From Schmidtea polychroa (Eukaryota), in assembly GCA_044892525.1 (NCBI GenBank), contig CM097887.1:31992001-32056000 (forward strand): a DNA stretch of 64,000 bases, read 5' to 3'. Each line of letters begins with the position of its first letter. Position 1 is the stretch's first letter. A model generated the notes under the pieces. That model was given only the letters and a program-made list of their open reading frames with translations. It made no database searches and had not been told where the DNA came from. Of the stretch, positions 52,149 to 64,000 are shown piece by piece. The translations under genes were made by a program, and so were the position numbers.

Positions 52149-52430
52149 CTAAAATGATATTAATGTGGTCAATCCATTCCGTCGGCAATGCCCATGAACT
52201 CGAGTGCAGAGATGACGCGCAGTCTCTCCGATGTATGTGGTATTACACCTATTACTTGAAAATTGATACACGAGTTCTGAACACAGACAAACTAGAGTTG
52301 GAGACTTATTAGTGAACATGCTACCAATCTTGCAAGCCATTGAAATAATCCTAAATATAATCTTATCTACATGTTTAAGGATCTTATGCTTGAATTCTCT
52401 GAAAGCTTCAGAATAAGGTAATACCGACAT
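52149..52430 (-). pseudogene. GIY-YIG endonuclease fragment (Penelope-like)
   Basis: SELVYQFSSNRCNTTYIGETARHLCTRVHGH matches the PLE motif VVY...C..C...YIG.T.R.L..R..EH. Confidence 0.88.
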
Positions 52431-52541
52431 ATATTTTTGATCAGTGGGCTTAGATCTTAAATATCTTTTTGATACAGTTTTATTACGATTATTAGTTGTT
52501 AATTTGTTTGAATATTATTATTTTCATTTAGTTATGATTAA

Positions 52542-52775
52542 CCCATTAAGGCCCACATTTTTTTTTGCGAAATAGATTTAATTGGTCATCAAAACGAAGT
52601 AAAAATTACCTAAAAAAATTTTGTTTATTTAGCTGTAGAGATAAACTTGATAATATCGGTGATGACGGAAATAGGAAAATGATCGGAAATGATGACCATG
52701 GGTCTTAAAGGTAACTAAATAAATTCATATTAACAAATGAAAAATATAAACAATGACTATCATGGGTGCTATGGG
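52542..52775. mobile_element. piggyBac-like MITE, TTAA TSD
   Basis: TTAA|CCCAT..GGCCCA ... TGGGTGCTATGGG|TTAA; its removal restores the PLE inverted repeat. Confidence 0.8.
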
Positions 52776-53067
52776 TTAATACGATTCCAAGCCAGTTAAA
52801 CGTTGGAAATATATAGCAATGTTATATTTTAATATACTTAGCAATTTTTTATTATAAAAAAGTAAGAAAATTAATTTTTTTAATTTGCCTTAAATTTTAC
52901 AATATAATAAAATATGCTTTAGAAATAATTTGTAAATAATGATAAAAATGCCTTCGAAGTTTTATAATTTGTGAATGTATTGATATTTGTTTTTAAAAAT
53001 TTTGATTTTTATTTATGAAATTACTGTAATAAAACAATTTTGGTGAAAAATATATTATTTGCATTAA

Positions 53068-53275
53068 CCTCTTAAGTGGCTATGACGGATATATACGTCA
53101 TCAACATATGCATTACAAAACGCATAAGACGAATAAAAATATATCATAAATATTACTTTTGTTAACATATCATCCAATAAGATATTATTTTATTTTTTGT
53201 AACCCTACGCTAGCGGATAACAAAACTCGCCGCTGAGGAGCGCATTTCGTTTGACGAAATAAACCACTTAAGAGG
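53068..53275. mobile_element. piggyBac-like MITE, TTAA TSD
   Basis: TTAA|CCTCTTAAGTGG ... CCACTTAAGAGG|TTAA. Confidence 0.88.
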
Positions 53276-56200
53276 TTAATATATAGATCAATGAAATTTG
53301 AAATTATATTTTTCCTATTATATTTAAACTATTGAAGAGCTCCTCAAATTTTATTTAACATTAGGTAAATTTGAAATTTCTAAATTAATAATTACTTAAA
53401 ATATTACGAGTAATAATTTTAAATAAAATAAACTATTAATAGAATTTTAATTATTAAAATTAGATTAAAACTAAAATTTAATATATGTAGAAAGAAATTC
53501 AGTGAAAACTAATGTTTTGCCCATAATTTTGTTATAATAAATAATTCGTTAAAGCAACAATCTGAAAATTCCTCAAATGTGGTAACTATTGGGATTAATA
53601 TCCACCCAGAATAAAATAACGCTTGAAAAATCCATCTGATAAAAATATTCATTTTACTTATAATAACTAGAAAGACGAATATGACGTTTGTTTGTATATT
53701 AATATTCAAATAGTTATCTTACAAATTTGATTTACTTTATTTTCGTATTCGACCAGGAAGCATAGATTCGATGGGATTAATTCTCATTGTCAATCTCGTT
53801 TTTTAATAATAGCTTTCAGAATTAGGTACTTCCGTGTTATCTTACCCCCAAAAATTAAATTAAAAAGGAACACATAATTATTATATTTATTTTCTAAATC
53901 ACAGTTACAAACTCAGCAAATGTTTGTAAAGAGTTTGTAAATGGTCATCCAGGTAATGTAATCAGTATTTTAAATTTATTTTCTATAATTTTTCTATTTC
54001 TTTATTTTATTAGTAAAGTTTTGTAATAAAAAATCCCTTTTGTCACTGAATAAAATTTAATCTTTACATAAAACATTGACTGCCTACTATGAGATAAATC
54101 TTAGTTAACATATCAGAAATAGTCAGAATTTCAGTGAAGGTGTCAAGTACAAGAGAAATCAGCATTAATGTCAAATATAAACTTTATTAAATATTGAAAC
54201 AATAATTTAATTGAATTCTAACTACAAAATTAAATTAAAAGAATATGCCTCTCATATTGTATATGTTACTTAAAATTGTTTTGTTTACGTGATCATATTA
54301 ATTCATTTTAGTTTATATCGAAACCATTAAGGAATGAGATACGCAATACGTAAATAGAAATTGATCAAGTTTTCAATGAAAATGTTCAAGTCATTGATAC
54401 AAACAATAATTTCAAAGACTTTCTAATCTTACCACAAATTACATTCATATGTAGAAAAGTTGTTTGTCTCGTTGTTTATTAATAAACGGCATTAGCAAAT
54501 AGATATAAAAGTATGTTCTAATAAATGATTTGAAGTAATAGAAAATTTTGGGAATTCTACCTGAATCAATTCAAAAATAGAAATTTGTTTACAAAAATAA
54601 AAGTACAGGGAAATTTAATATGAATAATTAAAAAAATATTTAAATCGTCCAATTCGTCTCGTTTCTGTCAATTTTCCCAGTTATTAAATATTGATGACAT
54701 CAATTAATAATTCATATGTATTTTGTGCCTTATCCTATATCAAAGGTTCAATTCATTGAACTGAAATATTTGGATGGAAATATTTGAAATAATTAATTAG
54801 GATATTAGTGATAGGGATTTATTCCTAGCATTATAGAAATTTCCTCAAATTGGGTTGGAAAATTTGTTATGATTTTACTATATTCGGATCGCATCCTGCT
54901 TCGTTTTAGGCATAAAAGCGTTATTTATTGAAATAAATTAAATAAACAAAAAGTATTCAACAGTTGAGAATAGTTTTGAAATTGTCATTTTCTACTGAAA
55001 GTTTCAATTTTGCCTTTCTGACAGTATATTGAAGTAAAACAATTGTGAGAGATTTATATTTGTAAGCAATTATAAAATTAAACTTCTAGGGCAATTTTAC
55101 ATATAGTGCAAAACAGCTCAATAAATTATGATCAGAGGACGTAGAAACATTTTTATATTAAAACAAATTTCTTACTGTACAAATAGTACTTGAGCCAAAT
55201 TTAAATAATACTTTACTATTCAAATAAATTCTAATTATTTTTTAATTGGATATATAAAAATGTTTTTCTTGATATGATTCAATCAATATGTTCTCTTTTG
55301 CATATTTATGATACTTGTCTGACACTGGAAGTGGGAGAAAAATTAAGAATATTTCCAAATGAAAATGCCTAGATATCATAGAAAAATATCTAGAATGAGT
55401 GCTGCAGATAAATTCAACATTCCTTATTCAACATTCCTTACCAAAAAATATATCTAAAAAAAGAATTTATTAAAAATATGCTTATTGAAAAAAAGAAAAA
55501 ATTTGAAGAAAAATCAAGCGAATGTCTAAAATTATGAATGATGCTATTACTGAAAAAAAGAAATAATTATAGGAAAACCTAAAGTTTTAATCAGCAATTA
55601 ATGAACGTAAGAAAACAGGTAAAGTTATTTATTACATCAGGTATTAAAAAATTGTAATCTGTGTATGGAATGCAAATGATCCATTAAGAATAGAATGAAG
55701 AGGATAAAAAGATTTCTTCTTTAGAATACATGAAAGAAATATCGAACGTGTGAAATGTTATAATTATCGTGGATAACTTAACCTTTCATAGGTATTCGGA
55801 AGCAGTCTAAATATCACAGAATTGTGTTTACCCCAATATATTCCATATACTTTATGCTATCTCATTGAAGAGCATTGAAGAGCATACTCCCCAGAAATCC
55901 ATTACCGATATTTAATTAATGCGATATATCAAGACAAACAAAAAAAGCAATCAAGAAATTAAGTAAATAATGTAGTTTTCCAAGAATTAAGTTATTTCCT
56001 TTATTTGAATTAGTATATATTCTGATAATTTAAACAATATCAATTTTATATTTGTTATAATTATGCTGTGTCAGGTTCATTAAGTAAGTTCCAATTTAAA
56101 ATGAATTAAAAAAATATATATCTTTTCTTAAACTAAGTTTTGAAACGAACATTGACAACATAAATAATCATGAAATCTTTTGTTGTTTGTTTACTTTGGT

Positions 56201-56521
56201 ATGTAGTAAGGATGACATCACTATCAATTGAAGAAAAACAGCATATATTTGCATCTAAGCTGGTAAATGACCCTTCAACTGCGTAATTATTTGATAATAG
56301 AGAAGACCAAATGTCTCTATCGTCTTATGAAGCCGCAAGTCTAAGCTAGCCATATAAATTAATGGATATCCAAAAGAACTGTCAATTACAAAGCGTCTCC
56401 ATTAAAAAATTCATAGATTGTAAAAACAAGACAAGGGAATTTAATCGAAAATAAATTAAGATGTCATTAATGATTATAGTATAAAGTGATGATTTCTTGG
56501 TAGCAGCATTTATTATTTAAA

Positions 56522-56672
56522 ACAATAAAGTGATAATTTAAGCCTTTTGCTGCAAATAATGTATTTAATGAAAAGATTTTCGATTATAAGATAGTCCTTG
56601 TCAATCTTAGTCAACATATTTTTCATTAAATACATTATTCGCAGCAAAAGGCTTAAATTATCACTTTATTGT
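56522..56672. repeat. Long foldback: 53-bp arms (1 mismatch), 45-bp spacer
   Basis: 56522-56574 is the reverse complement of 56620-56672. Confidence 0.93.
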
Positions 56673-57399
56673 ATTAATGATTATAATAACGTTATCTACT
56701 ACATAAGATAAGCGTACTTATTAATAATTGAATTTGTGATAACCGATCTTTTGCTATAACTTTGTCGTCATAAAATGTAATTATCTATAATATAGATTTG
56801 CATAAGAACAAAACAAAACTTTACCGGTTTATCTGTTCAGTAATGTATTTAGTTTGATTATAAAATGTTTTGATAGTAAAGAAATCCCAAATTATATCTG
56901 TTTTTATCGCTATGAAACCGTTTATTTTTCATATAAACTAATAACTCTTCCATTTCACTTTTTTAACATTCATTAAACATTTTATTCAGTATTCATATAA
57001 TGCATTTTTTCGATGTCAATATTCTAAATCTTCTTTGTGATCTTCATCAATTGGTAAGGAAGAAGTGTTCAATGTAGATGTGTTAATTCTGAAAAGGCTC
57101 TATATAAAAATTTATATTTTACAAAAAAAATTTCTGCTCAAAAATTATTGAGTGTTTAGTAAAAAAATTCGTCAATGTTTTTGATAACATTGATATCAAC
57201 TGTGTTTTGACAATTTCTTCAATCGGTACTGAATGGTCAGTCATGGAGTTTGGATTTTTGGTAACTGAACTTTATCCATATTATATCTCTTTTCATCTCA
57301 ATTTTTATCAGCGATATTTTCAGAAACTAGAATCTCTTCGTCAATAATATTTGCAGAGTCCAATGTCAATTTTTTCTTAGGCAGTGTTTTATTTCTTGG

Positions 57400-57800
57400 A
57401 AATTGTTAAATAGATCTCTGAATGCCTAAAGCAATTGGTAATGATTGTGCTTTGTACATTATTCCATGATGCGTCTATAGATTTAATTGCATTTTAAAAA
57501 TTCTTTTGCTAAAGCGATGCATCAACTACCAATGTCTTTATTTGAATGTAAAAAGATCAAACTTTATTTTTTATGTCAACTTCAGCTTGGCAAGGACATT
57601 TCGATTTAGTTTCACATTGCTAAATCCAGGTAATAAAGATACTTAAATAAATTTTATATAAAATTTCCAGGAAATAACTTGTAGAAGAACACCGTTAAAT
57701 GCTCGAAACATTACTGCCTTTTACCAATTACTTATGGTTGAAAAATTTCACACGTTGAACAAATTTGGTAAACATTTAGGCATTCTTTACAAAATTTCAA
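57400..57800 (-). pseudogene. pogo/Tigger (DDE_1) transposase remnant
   Basis: AIKSIDASWNNVQSTIITNCFRHS matches the pogo/CENP-B 'AW..V...TI.NCF' motif; heavily degenerate upstream. Confidence 0.55.
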
Positions 57801-58460
57801 CTATTGGCTTTTCCTTTTAATCCTTTCAATACTGTAGGGACATATTGTCCCAGAGAATTTCTAATAATTACTAAAAATAATTTAAACGCTTACGAATGCA
57901 TTGGGATCTGAGATTTTAGTACTGTACGATCATAGGCTCGTAAATAAGTCCAAACCTGTCTGCTTTGTTGCTGTTTGCTGTCTGCTTTTTTCTTTTCTAT
58001 AAAATTTTGTGAGTCTAATGTTGCTAATCAATTAAAATAAAAAAATCGTATTGAAAGGGTTAAGTTAAATTTTTTGTGGCGATCAACAAAAAAACAAACC
58101 AATATTATCTATGTTACATATGAAAAATGTATCCTTTAGTAATATGAGATACGTTTTATCCAGTTCTTTTGGGCATGATAATGCTTGAATTTCTATTATT
58201 CGAATTGACTATAAATTATAACGCTTTTAGGAAATTGTATGATTTTTCTGTCTCTACATACGTATACAAACTGTGGAACCCTGTAACTTCAGGACTTTAC
58301 TGGACAGGATTTAGCTGAGAATTCTATATACCAAAAATATTGAAGGTGAGATTAAGTAAAATGAATAAAAGATGAAAAATCAGTTTACAAAAGATATTAA
58401 TTTATTGACTGCATACAATTAATCTAACCTTCTTACAAAAAAATAATATATAATTTACAC

Positions 58461-59948
58461 CAGTGCTCCGCAACCGGTGTCCCGCGGCACACTGGTGTGT
58501 CGTGAGCCCGCCCCAGGTGTACATCGGTAAAATTCGGTAAAATTTAAAAATATGTTAAAATTTTTAAATTTATAAATCTAAATTATAATTAATTTTTTAT
58601 TTTTAGCCTATTTATATAATTAATTATTTAATTTTGCGTTTTTATTTAACTTTATCATCTTTCGTCAAATTTTCATCTAAATTAAAATGTATTTAAATAT
58701 TTATATTTCTTAAATTTTTTAAATTTATATTTATATCTTTGAGACGGTTTATACCTTCACATTTTTAGCTTAATTTTTTCACAAATTTTAAGCCAATAAG
58801 AACTCTTAAATAAATATTATTATTTAAATAATAATAAGTTATTTTTTAACAAATCAAACCTTTAAAATTTTAAATTTAAATCAATATTTAATCGTTTTTT
58901 AATGATTCTTTAATGATTAAGTTTATGATTAAAAAATAATTTCAAAAGTATTTTGTGTAAATAGCAATTATTTCTGAAAATTGTGTAAAATGAATTCTCC
59001 TTAATAAAAAAATGTAAGAGTAAGAAAATTCAAATTTTGTAGACATGTCTAACTATGCAGTTATTCTTTTTAACTCAAAATAATCTTAATTATTAATTCA
59101 TTCTTCTATTTTTCTATTTTAGATCAATTTCAAGTAGTGAGTGCTTCATAATAACCTAATTAATTTAGTAGCAGTGTATTTCTTTAAATATGGAGAAATT
59201 TTTACGTGGGACAGATGAATCTTTAAGTAGGAATATAGAAGAACCCAGGCCAATTGTTACAAAAAAACGAAAAAGGTAGTGAAAAGAAATTACGACAAAG
59301 AGTATATTAAATACGGATTTTCATGATGTAGTGATTCAAACCCACAGTGCATTATTAGCGGCGAATAGCTATCAAACGAATCAATGTTATCCACTAAAAA
59401 AAGCCATCTAAATTCAAGCAAATGCAATAAATTAGACGAAATCATTGCCTCTGCAAATTAGAGAATAATTTATAGATTTAAGTAATGACATGACGTTACA
59501 ACTTCACTTCCGAAGTTCCATTAGATGTTTTTTGGGTTTATGTTAAAAAGGAATATTCTCGCATTTCTGAAAAAGCAATATTAACTCTTTTTTCATTTTC
59601 GACAACATATCTATGTGAGCAAAGTTTTTCAACTCAATTATTAATTAAAAATGATAAGCGGTAATGCTTAAAAGTTCTTGGCGAAGAGCTTCGGCTAGCG
59701 CTGTCGAAAATGGAGACGAACATTAAAGATTTGTGTTGATTATAACAAGCACAGATATCACATTAATTATTATCTTATAGATAGCGTTATATTTGTATAT
59801 GTTGTACTTGAACTTTTCTTTGAAATAAAAAATTCATTGTAAAATTTGTGTTTGAATTTAAAACCTATATAATTTAGTTTTTGTTGTGCCGCGAAATTCT
59901 AGGAAGAATTTTAGTGTCTCTTAGATGAGAAAAGATTGTGGACCACTG
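58461..59948 (+). mobile_element. Non-autonomous hAT (ZBED5/Buster-like) internal-deletion derivative
   Basis: Ends CAGTGCTCCGCAA / TTGTGGACCACTG; TSD ATTTACAC (58453-58460, 59949-59956). Retains an N-terminal KRNYDKEYIKYGF...PQC...LSNESM and a C-terminal FSTTYLCEQSFS...ELRLALS. Confidence 0.93.
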
Positions 59949-61120
59949 ATTTACACTATCATATTTATCTTTATCTTTTGATTTCACCTTTGATCTTTTT
60001 CTCAAAATTCAGTAATTTTCATAATAATGTTTGCAAGACTATACATCAAAACAATATTTCCTTTGATAAACGTTATGCCGAAATATCGTGAACTTTACAT
60101 ATTGTTTTGATCTAGTCTTACAAACATTAATAATGAAAATTATTGAATATATACTAATATACTAATATTTCATTTTTTCAAGATTTTTTGAATGATCTAC
60201 GTTTGAAAATGGTGATATCCATAAATTGTAAGATATGAATTCAAGAACCCACCAAAGACAATGTGATATCTACGTATCCAAGAGCCATAATAGACACCTA
60301 GATATCTGATATTTGTGAAAATTGTGAAAAATAAATGAACTTTAAAATTTAAAAAAATAACAGAAAAGTAGTTAAATATTTAAACCGAATTCACCATGTG
60401 TTAAAAGTTCATATTTTAATTAGATAAGATATAGTATCAATTCAATGCGAGAATGACTTGGTGTATTTCAATGGCTTTTTAAATTTTTCAATTGAACAAT
60501 ATCAAGCATATTTAACGATTCACAAGAACGTATTGTGGAATAGTTCTTTTTAAGATGGTCTTTTACAACCATTGATTTTTAAAACACGACAAAACTCACA
60601 AGATTTCATAGAAAACTAAATTATTGATATTTATAATAAATAATTTATTTAAAAAGAAAATCACTTAATAATAATAATAATAACGAAGTTGTCGATAAAC
60701 ATTAGAGAATTTATTTATATATTAATGATATAAACAATTTTAGAGTTTGACTAAATTGAACTTTGAATGGCTTATCGTTTCGGTAATACTTTCATCAATA
60801 ATTTTGTAAATAAAGTTCGAACACATGACATATTTTCATGTGGTGTGACACTCTTTAATCTTCATAATACCTTATTAGGAAAGTAATTCAAAAACACTTA
60901 ATAAATTCCAATTTATACACAGAATTCCATTTAGGCTCATTCCTGATAAATGTGCTACTCTAATGTGAGTTGAGTTGTCCTATGCCGCTACAATTGTCCA
61001 GTGGTTTTGCAAACAAAAAGGTAGTTCCATCAAGAAAAGATCTCTCAACTGTCAAAAATGTGCTTTATCTAGGCAAGCAATTCCCAATACCGATGGTATT
61101 GGTACTATTTGTGGTATTAA

Positions 61121-61349
61121 CCCTTTCCAGCCAGTGATTCCAAATGGAATCATTAGTTAAATTGATCTTAAATCCATCTTACGTATGGTACCTATGTGCC
61201 CAATGTTGCCAAATGGAATCATACTGATTTTTTCTAAGGGGGCAACAAAAAAATGAAGTAAAATATTTTTATGATAAAATAAGTAGTTTTGGTACCTACT
61301 TACTGCATATATTTTTTTTTTGTTTTGAAAAAATTTGGGCTGGAAAGGG
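61121..61349. mobile_element. piggyBac-like MITE, TTAA TSD
   Basis: TTAA|CCCTTTCCAGCC ... GGCTGGAAAGGG|TTAA. Confidence 0.9.
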
Positions 61350-62649
61350 TTAAAGAAAAAATCGAATCTAGATAACTTGATTTTAATATATTCCCTAAAA
61401 CGCAGCATTAAAGTTGGAAATTTCTCTAAAAAATATAATTGAAACAATAGTGAAATAAATCTGTCTAACTTGTCTTTACATATTTATAGATATTCAGCAT
61501 TTATTTGCTAAAAAGAAGCCTCCAATTACTTATTATTCATTTTAAATGAAATAAATTTATTCATGATTGGCATTAAATTTAATTTTTTATAAAGATGATA
61601 CGCTAATATTTTTCAAGCAAAACCGGAAAATTTAGGAATACGCTACCAAAAAAAATGTTACGATAGTGTTGAATTTAAATAAAAAAGTCAAAATTGATAT
61701 TTGGAAACGCAAGTCGACATTAAACAATAAATAAATGAATATTTTTAGTAATTAAATTAGTAAAATTGAGAAAGTACTGATAAAATATCTTTTCTAGTTT
61801 TAACTAAAAGTATTAATCAATTAAAATACATAAATTTAATCATTTCGTTTTAAATTTTAACAACGTGATGCTGTCAGGTTAGCGAGGGTCTTGAATGTAT
61901 TATATGAAATGTCAATTTTTGAAAAAATATTTCAAATTTAAAAACAAACTACACACATGCAGAATTATTGAATTATTTGCCTTATGATTGATTATAAAAT
62001 CTAAATAGTTTTATTGTATTTTAGAAAAGGTTTAAAAGTTTTGAATTTCTAAGAGGATTTTTAAAATTTTTAAAGATTTTAAGAAACCTAGAAAATTTTG
62101 AAGAAAAATTTAAAATTATAAGTTTTTAGAAACAGCAAAAAATATTGATTTTTCATTAAAGTATAAAACACGTCTCTCAACCGCCGACAATGCTTCAAGA
62201 TAATTAATTCGAATTTTTCAATTTTTATGTTAATTTTTTATTGATTTCATAAAAATTAAAAATGTTATAAAAACTTTTATTTTCTGGCATTAATTTGACT
62301 CCTAAAGACAAATGTTAAAAAAATGTGAACGAACATGGAAGGTTAATCTTATATAATATATATTTAATCTACTTTTAGATATCAGTATTACAATAATGTA
62401 TGAGTTTTGTTAACAAAAATGTGGTTCAAGAAATGAATATTTCGGTTGTACGCTTTTTTAATTCGCCCAATGAAAATAACTCCATAAAAGTTGATTTTGA
62501 TATTGTATTTGATAAGTTTATCGATAATAACAATAGGAAAATATCAATATCAATCTCTCTCTCTCTCTCTGTCTCTCTTTTTCCCAAAGGAAAAAACTTA
62601 AATAGCTACCTCAAGGAATCCAATTTTTGATGACTTTTTCAAAGAAATC

Positions 62650-63130
62650 TGTCCTAATGTCATGAGTATTCAATGTTGAATTTTTGTGTTTGTGGTTTGT
62701 TTTGAATAAACCATTGATTTCAAATAACGCTCAAAAGTAAACCAAATGAGTTAAATCATCAGTTATTGGAGTCTGTTTAACAGTTACACTTCTTGAAATT
62801 ATCGGTTTACCAAGCTTTACTTGCAAAATGTTAATAGTGATATTATCAGTATGACATGAGGGGTTATCATCTTATTGGAACGGCATGTATTCAAATCATA
62901 TCCATCCAGTTTTGGCCACAAAGTTTCGTGCGAGTAAGAAGGAATCGATAAATCTGCACCTTCTATAACACTAGCTCTTACAACAACAATATTCTCTTCA
63001 CGTCTTTCATTTCCATGTCATTTATTTTGCAATTTTTTCGAATTTTACAACGATTGACCGAATATCAAGCACAGTAGGTCGATTATTCGAACTATAATTC
63101 TGATTAAATGCACGTTGAGCATTCACAAAA
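62650..63130 (-). pseudogene. Tc1/mariner-superfamily (maT/DD37D-like) transposase remnant, internally deleted
   Basis: NAQRAFNQNY...RSIVVKFEK; LWPKLDGYDL..FQ*DDNPSCHT; IISRSVTV...DLT...YLKSMVY; degenerate. Confidence 0.6.
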
Positions 63131-63254
63131 GATCGATTATTTTAATTAAATTATTGGATAATTAAATTATCCAACATAGTGCAAGCGTGTATTTTGATAT
63201 GATGAATTGTATATTAAAAACAAATGACAACTAGTAACATTTATGGCATTGAAA

Positions 63255-64000
63255 ATAGGGAATCCATTACCGATATTTCGGTATTAAACCTGGTATTCAA
63301 AGAAATTAATTGAATCACACTTTTTTCAAAAATTATTCATATTTGTACTGGTAATGTATAAAAATTTACATTTATTTATTTTACAATATAAATTAATAAA
63401 AATAATTCATTAAACAAAAAAAGGAACTTAAAAATCACAATTCATTAAAATATATTTCAATAAAAATTTTGTTGATCTATTTTGTAGAATACTTATCGAA
63501 TCGTTATTTATCTCCTTTGAAATATCCTCTTAAAAAACAAAGAGCATCCAAAGTTATGTCATCCATTCTGCATCGCAACTTATTTAAATTACACCCGCTG
63601 CAGAAAAACCCCTTTCGGATTCAACACTGGTTGGACGAACCTGTTGGAAATATTTTCCCCACACACCATCCTAAAACAGGCTCATTACTTTTTTTAAGCA
63701 TTTGGTTGGATGCCCTGCGCGTTCTGGTCGTTTTCCGACTTTAAAATTTTTCTTGTTTCAAAATGGCTGCTTCTAACTAACTGTTTCTTCAATAAATTTT
63801 TCAGACTTTTCTGTTGTTTCATCAATCTCAACCTCACTGACCTCTGAATCTATAATTTTTTTATACACTTACAAATTATTCAATCATTATCACTATTTAA
63901 GAAACCAATCAACATTGAGAAAAGTAGATAAATGATAAAAATATTAATGAAAAAATGGATAAAAAGTAAATATTGAAATACCGAAATGCCCGTATTTAAC
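63255..64000 (-). mobile_element. 3' end of another hAT element (runs off the window), related to hAT-1
   Basis: QVRPTSVESERGFSAAG...KLRCRMDDITLDALCFLRGYF* (frameshifted); terminus TAGGGAATCC with ATACCG/CGGTAT subterminal repeats. Confidence 0.8.

Larger units (their letters stand above)
51726..52841 (-). mobile_element. 5'-truncated Penelope-like element: GIY-YIG end, pseudo-LTR and an inverted partial pseudo-LTR copy
   Basis: GIY-YIG ORF at 52149-52430. Segment 51726-51885 recurs inverted at about 52450-52841, interrupted by a TTAA MITE. A degenerate hammerhead-like core lies at about 51755-51790 (-). Confidence 0.8.

Noticed and set aside
56170-56500. Signal-peptide-like frame (MKSFVVCLLWYVV...) interrupted only by TAA/TAG, hinting at a TAR=Gln genetic code
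   Set aside because: The 610-, 548-, 341- and 312-aa frames contain no TAA/TAG, use CAA/CAG for Gln, and the intact transposases end in TAA at their expected C-termini. Ordinary pseudogene decay or chance explains it.

Overview
This is very AT-rich eukaryotic DNA (probably an invertebrate animal; the species cannot be told from sequence), and most of it is a transposon and pseudogene graveyard. Host coding signal is sparse: a transmembrane + PXA-domain sorting-nexin exon (8.7-9.6 kb, -), an intronless orphan ORF (22.6-23.5 kb, -), a 1,563-nt internal exon (25.4-26.9 kb, -) and a broken Ig-domain gene (15.4-16.2 kb, -). The centre (27.9-41.3 kb) is a four-level nest: an old Gypsy element is split by a younger CsRn1-type Gypsy element (LTRs about 99% identical). 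That element's protease region is split by two hAT transposons with perfect 8-bp TSDs. One hAT has an intact 610-aa transposase and itself carries an intact IR-DR Tc1 (DD34E). The rest holds MULE, Merlin, Bel/Pao, piggyBac, pogo, mariner-family and Penelope-like remnants plus many MITEs. Non-coding highlights are a minimal type-I hammerhead ribozyme with an intact core (16.7 kb), a strongly decayed and shortened 18S rRNA copy (3.3-4.6 kb), a 147-bp tandem repeat and a 53-bp-arm foldback. All family calls come from motif recognition by eye; no database search was run.
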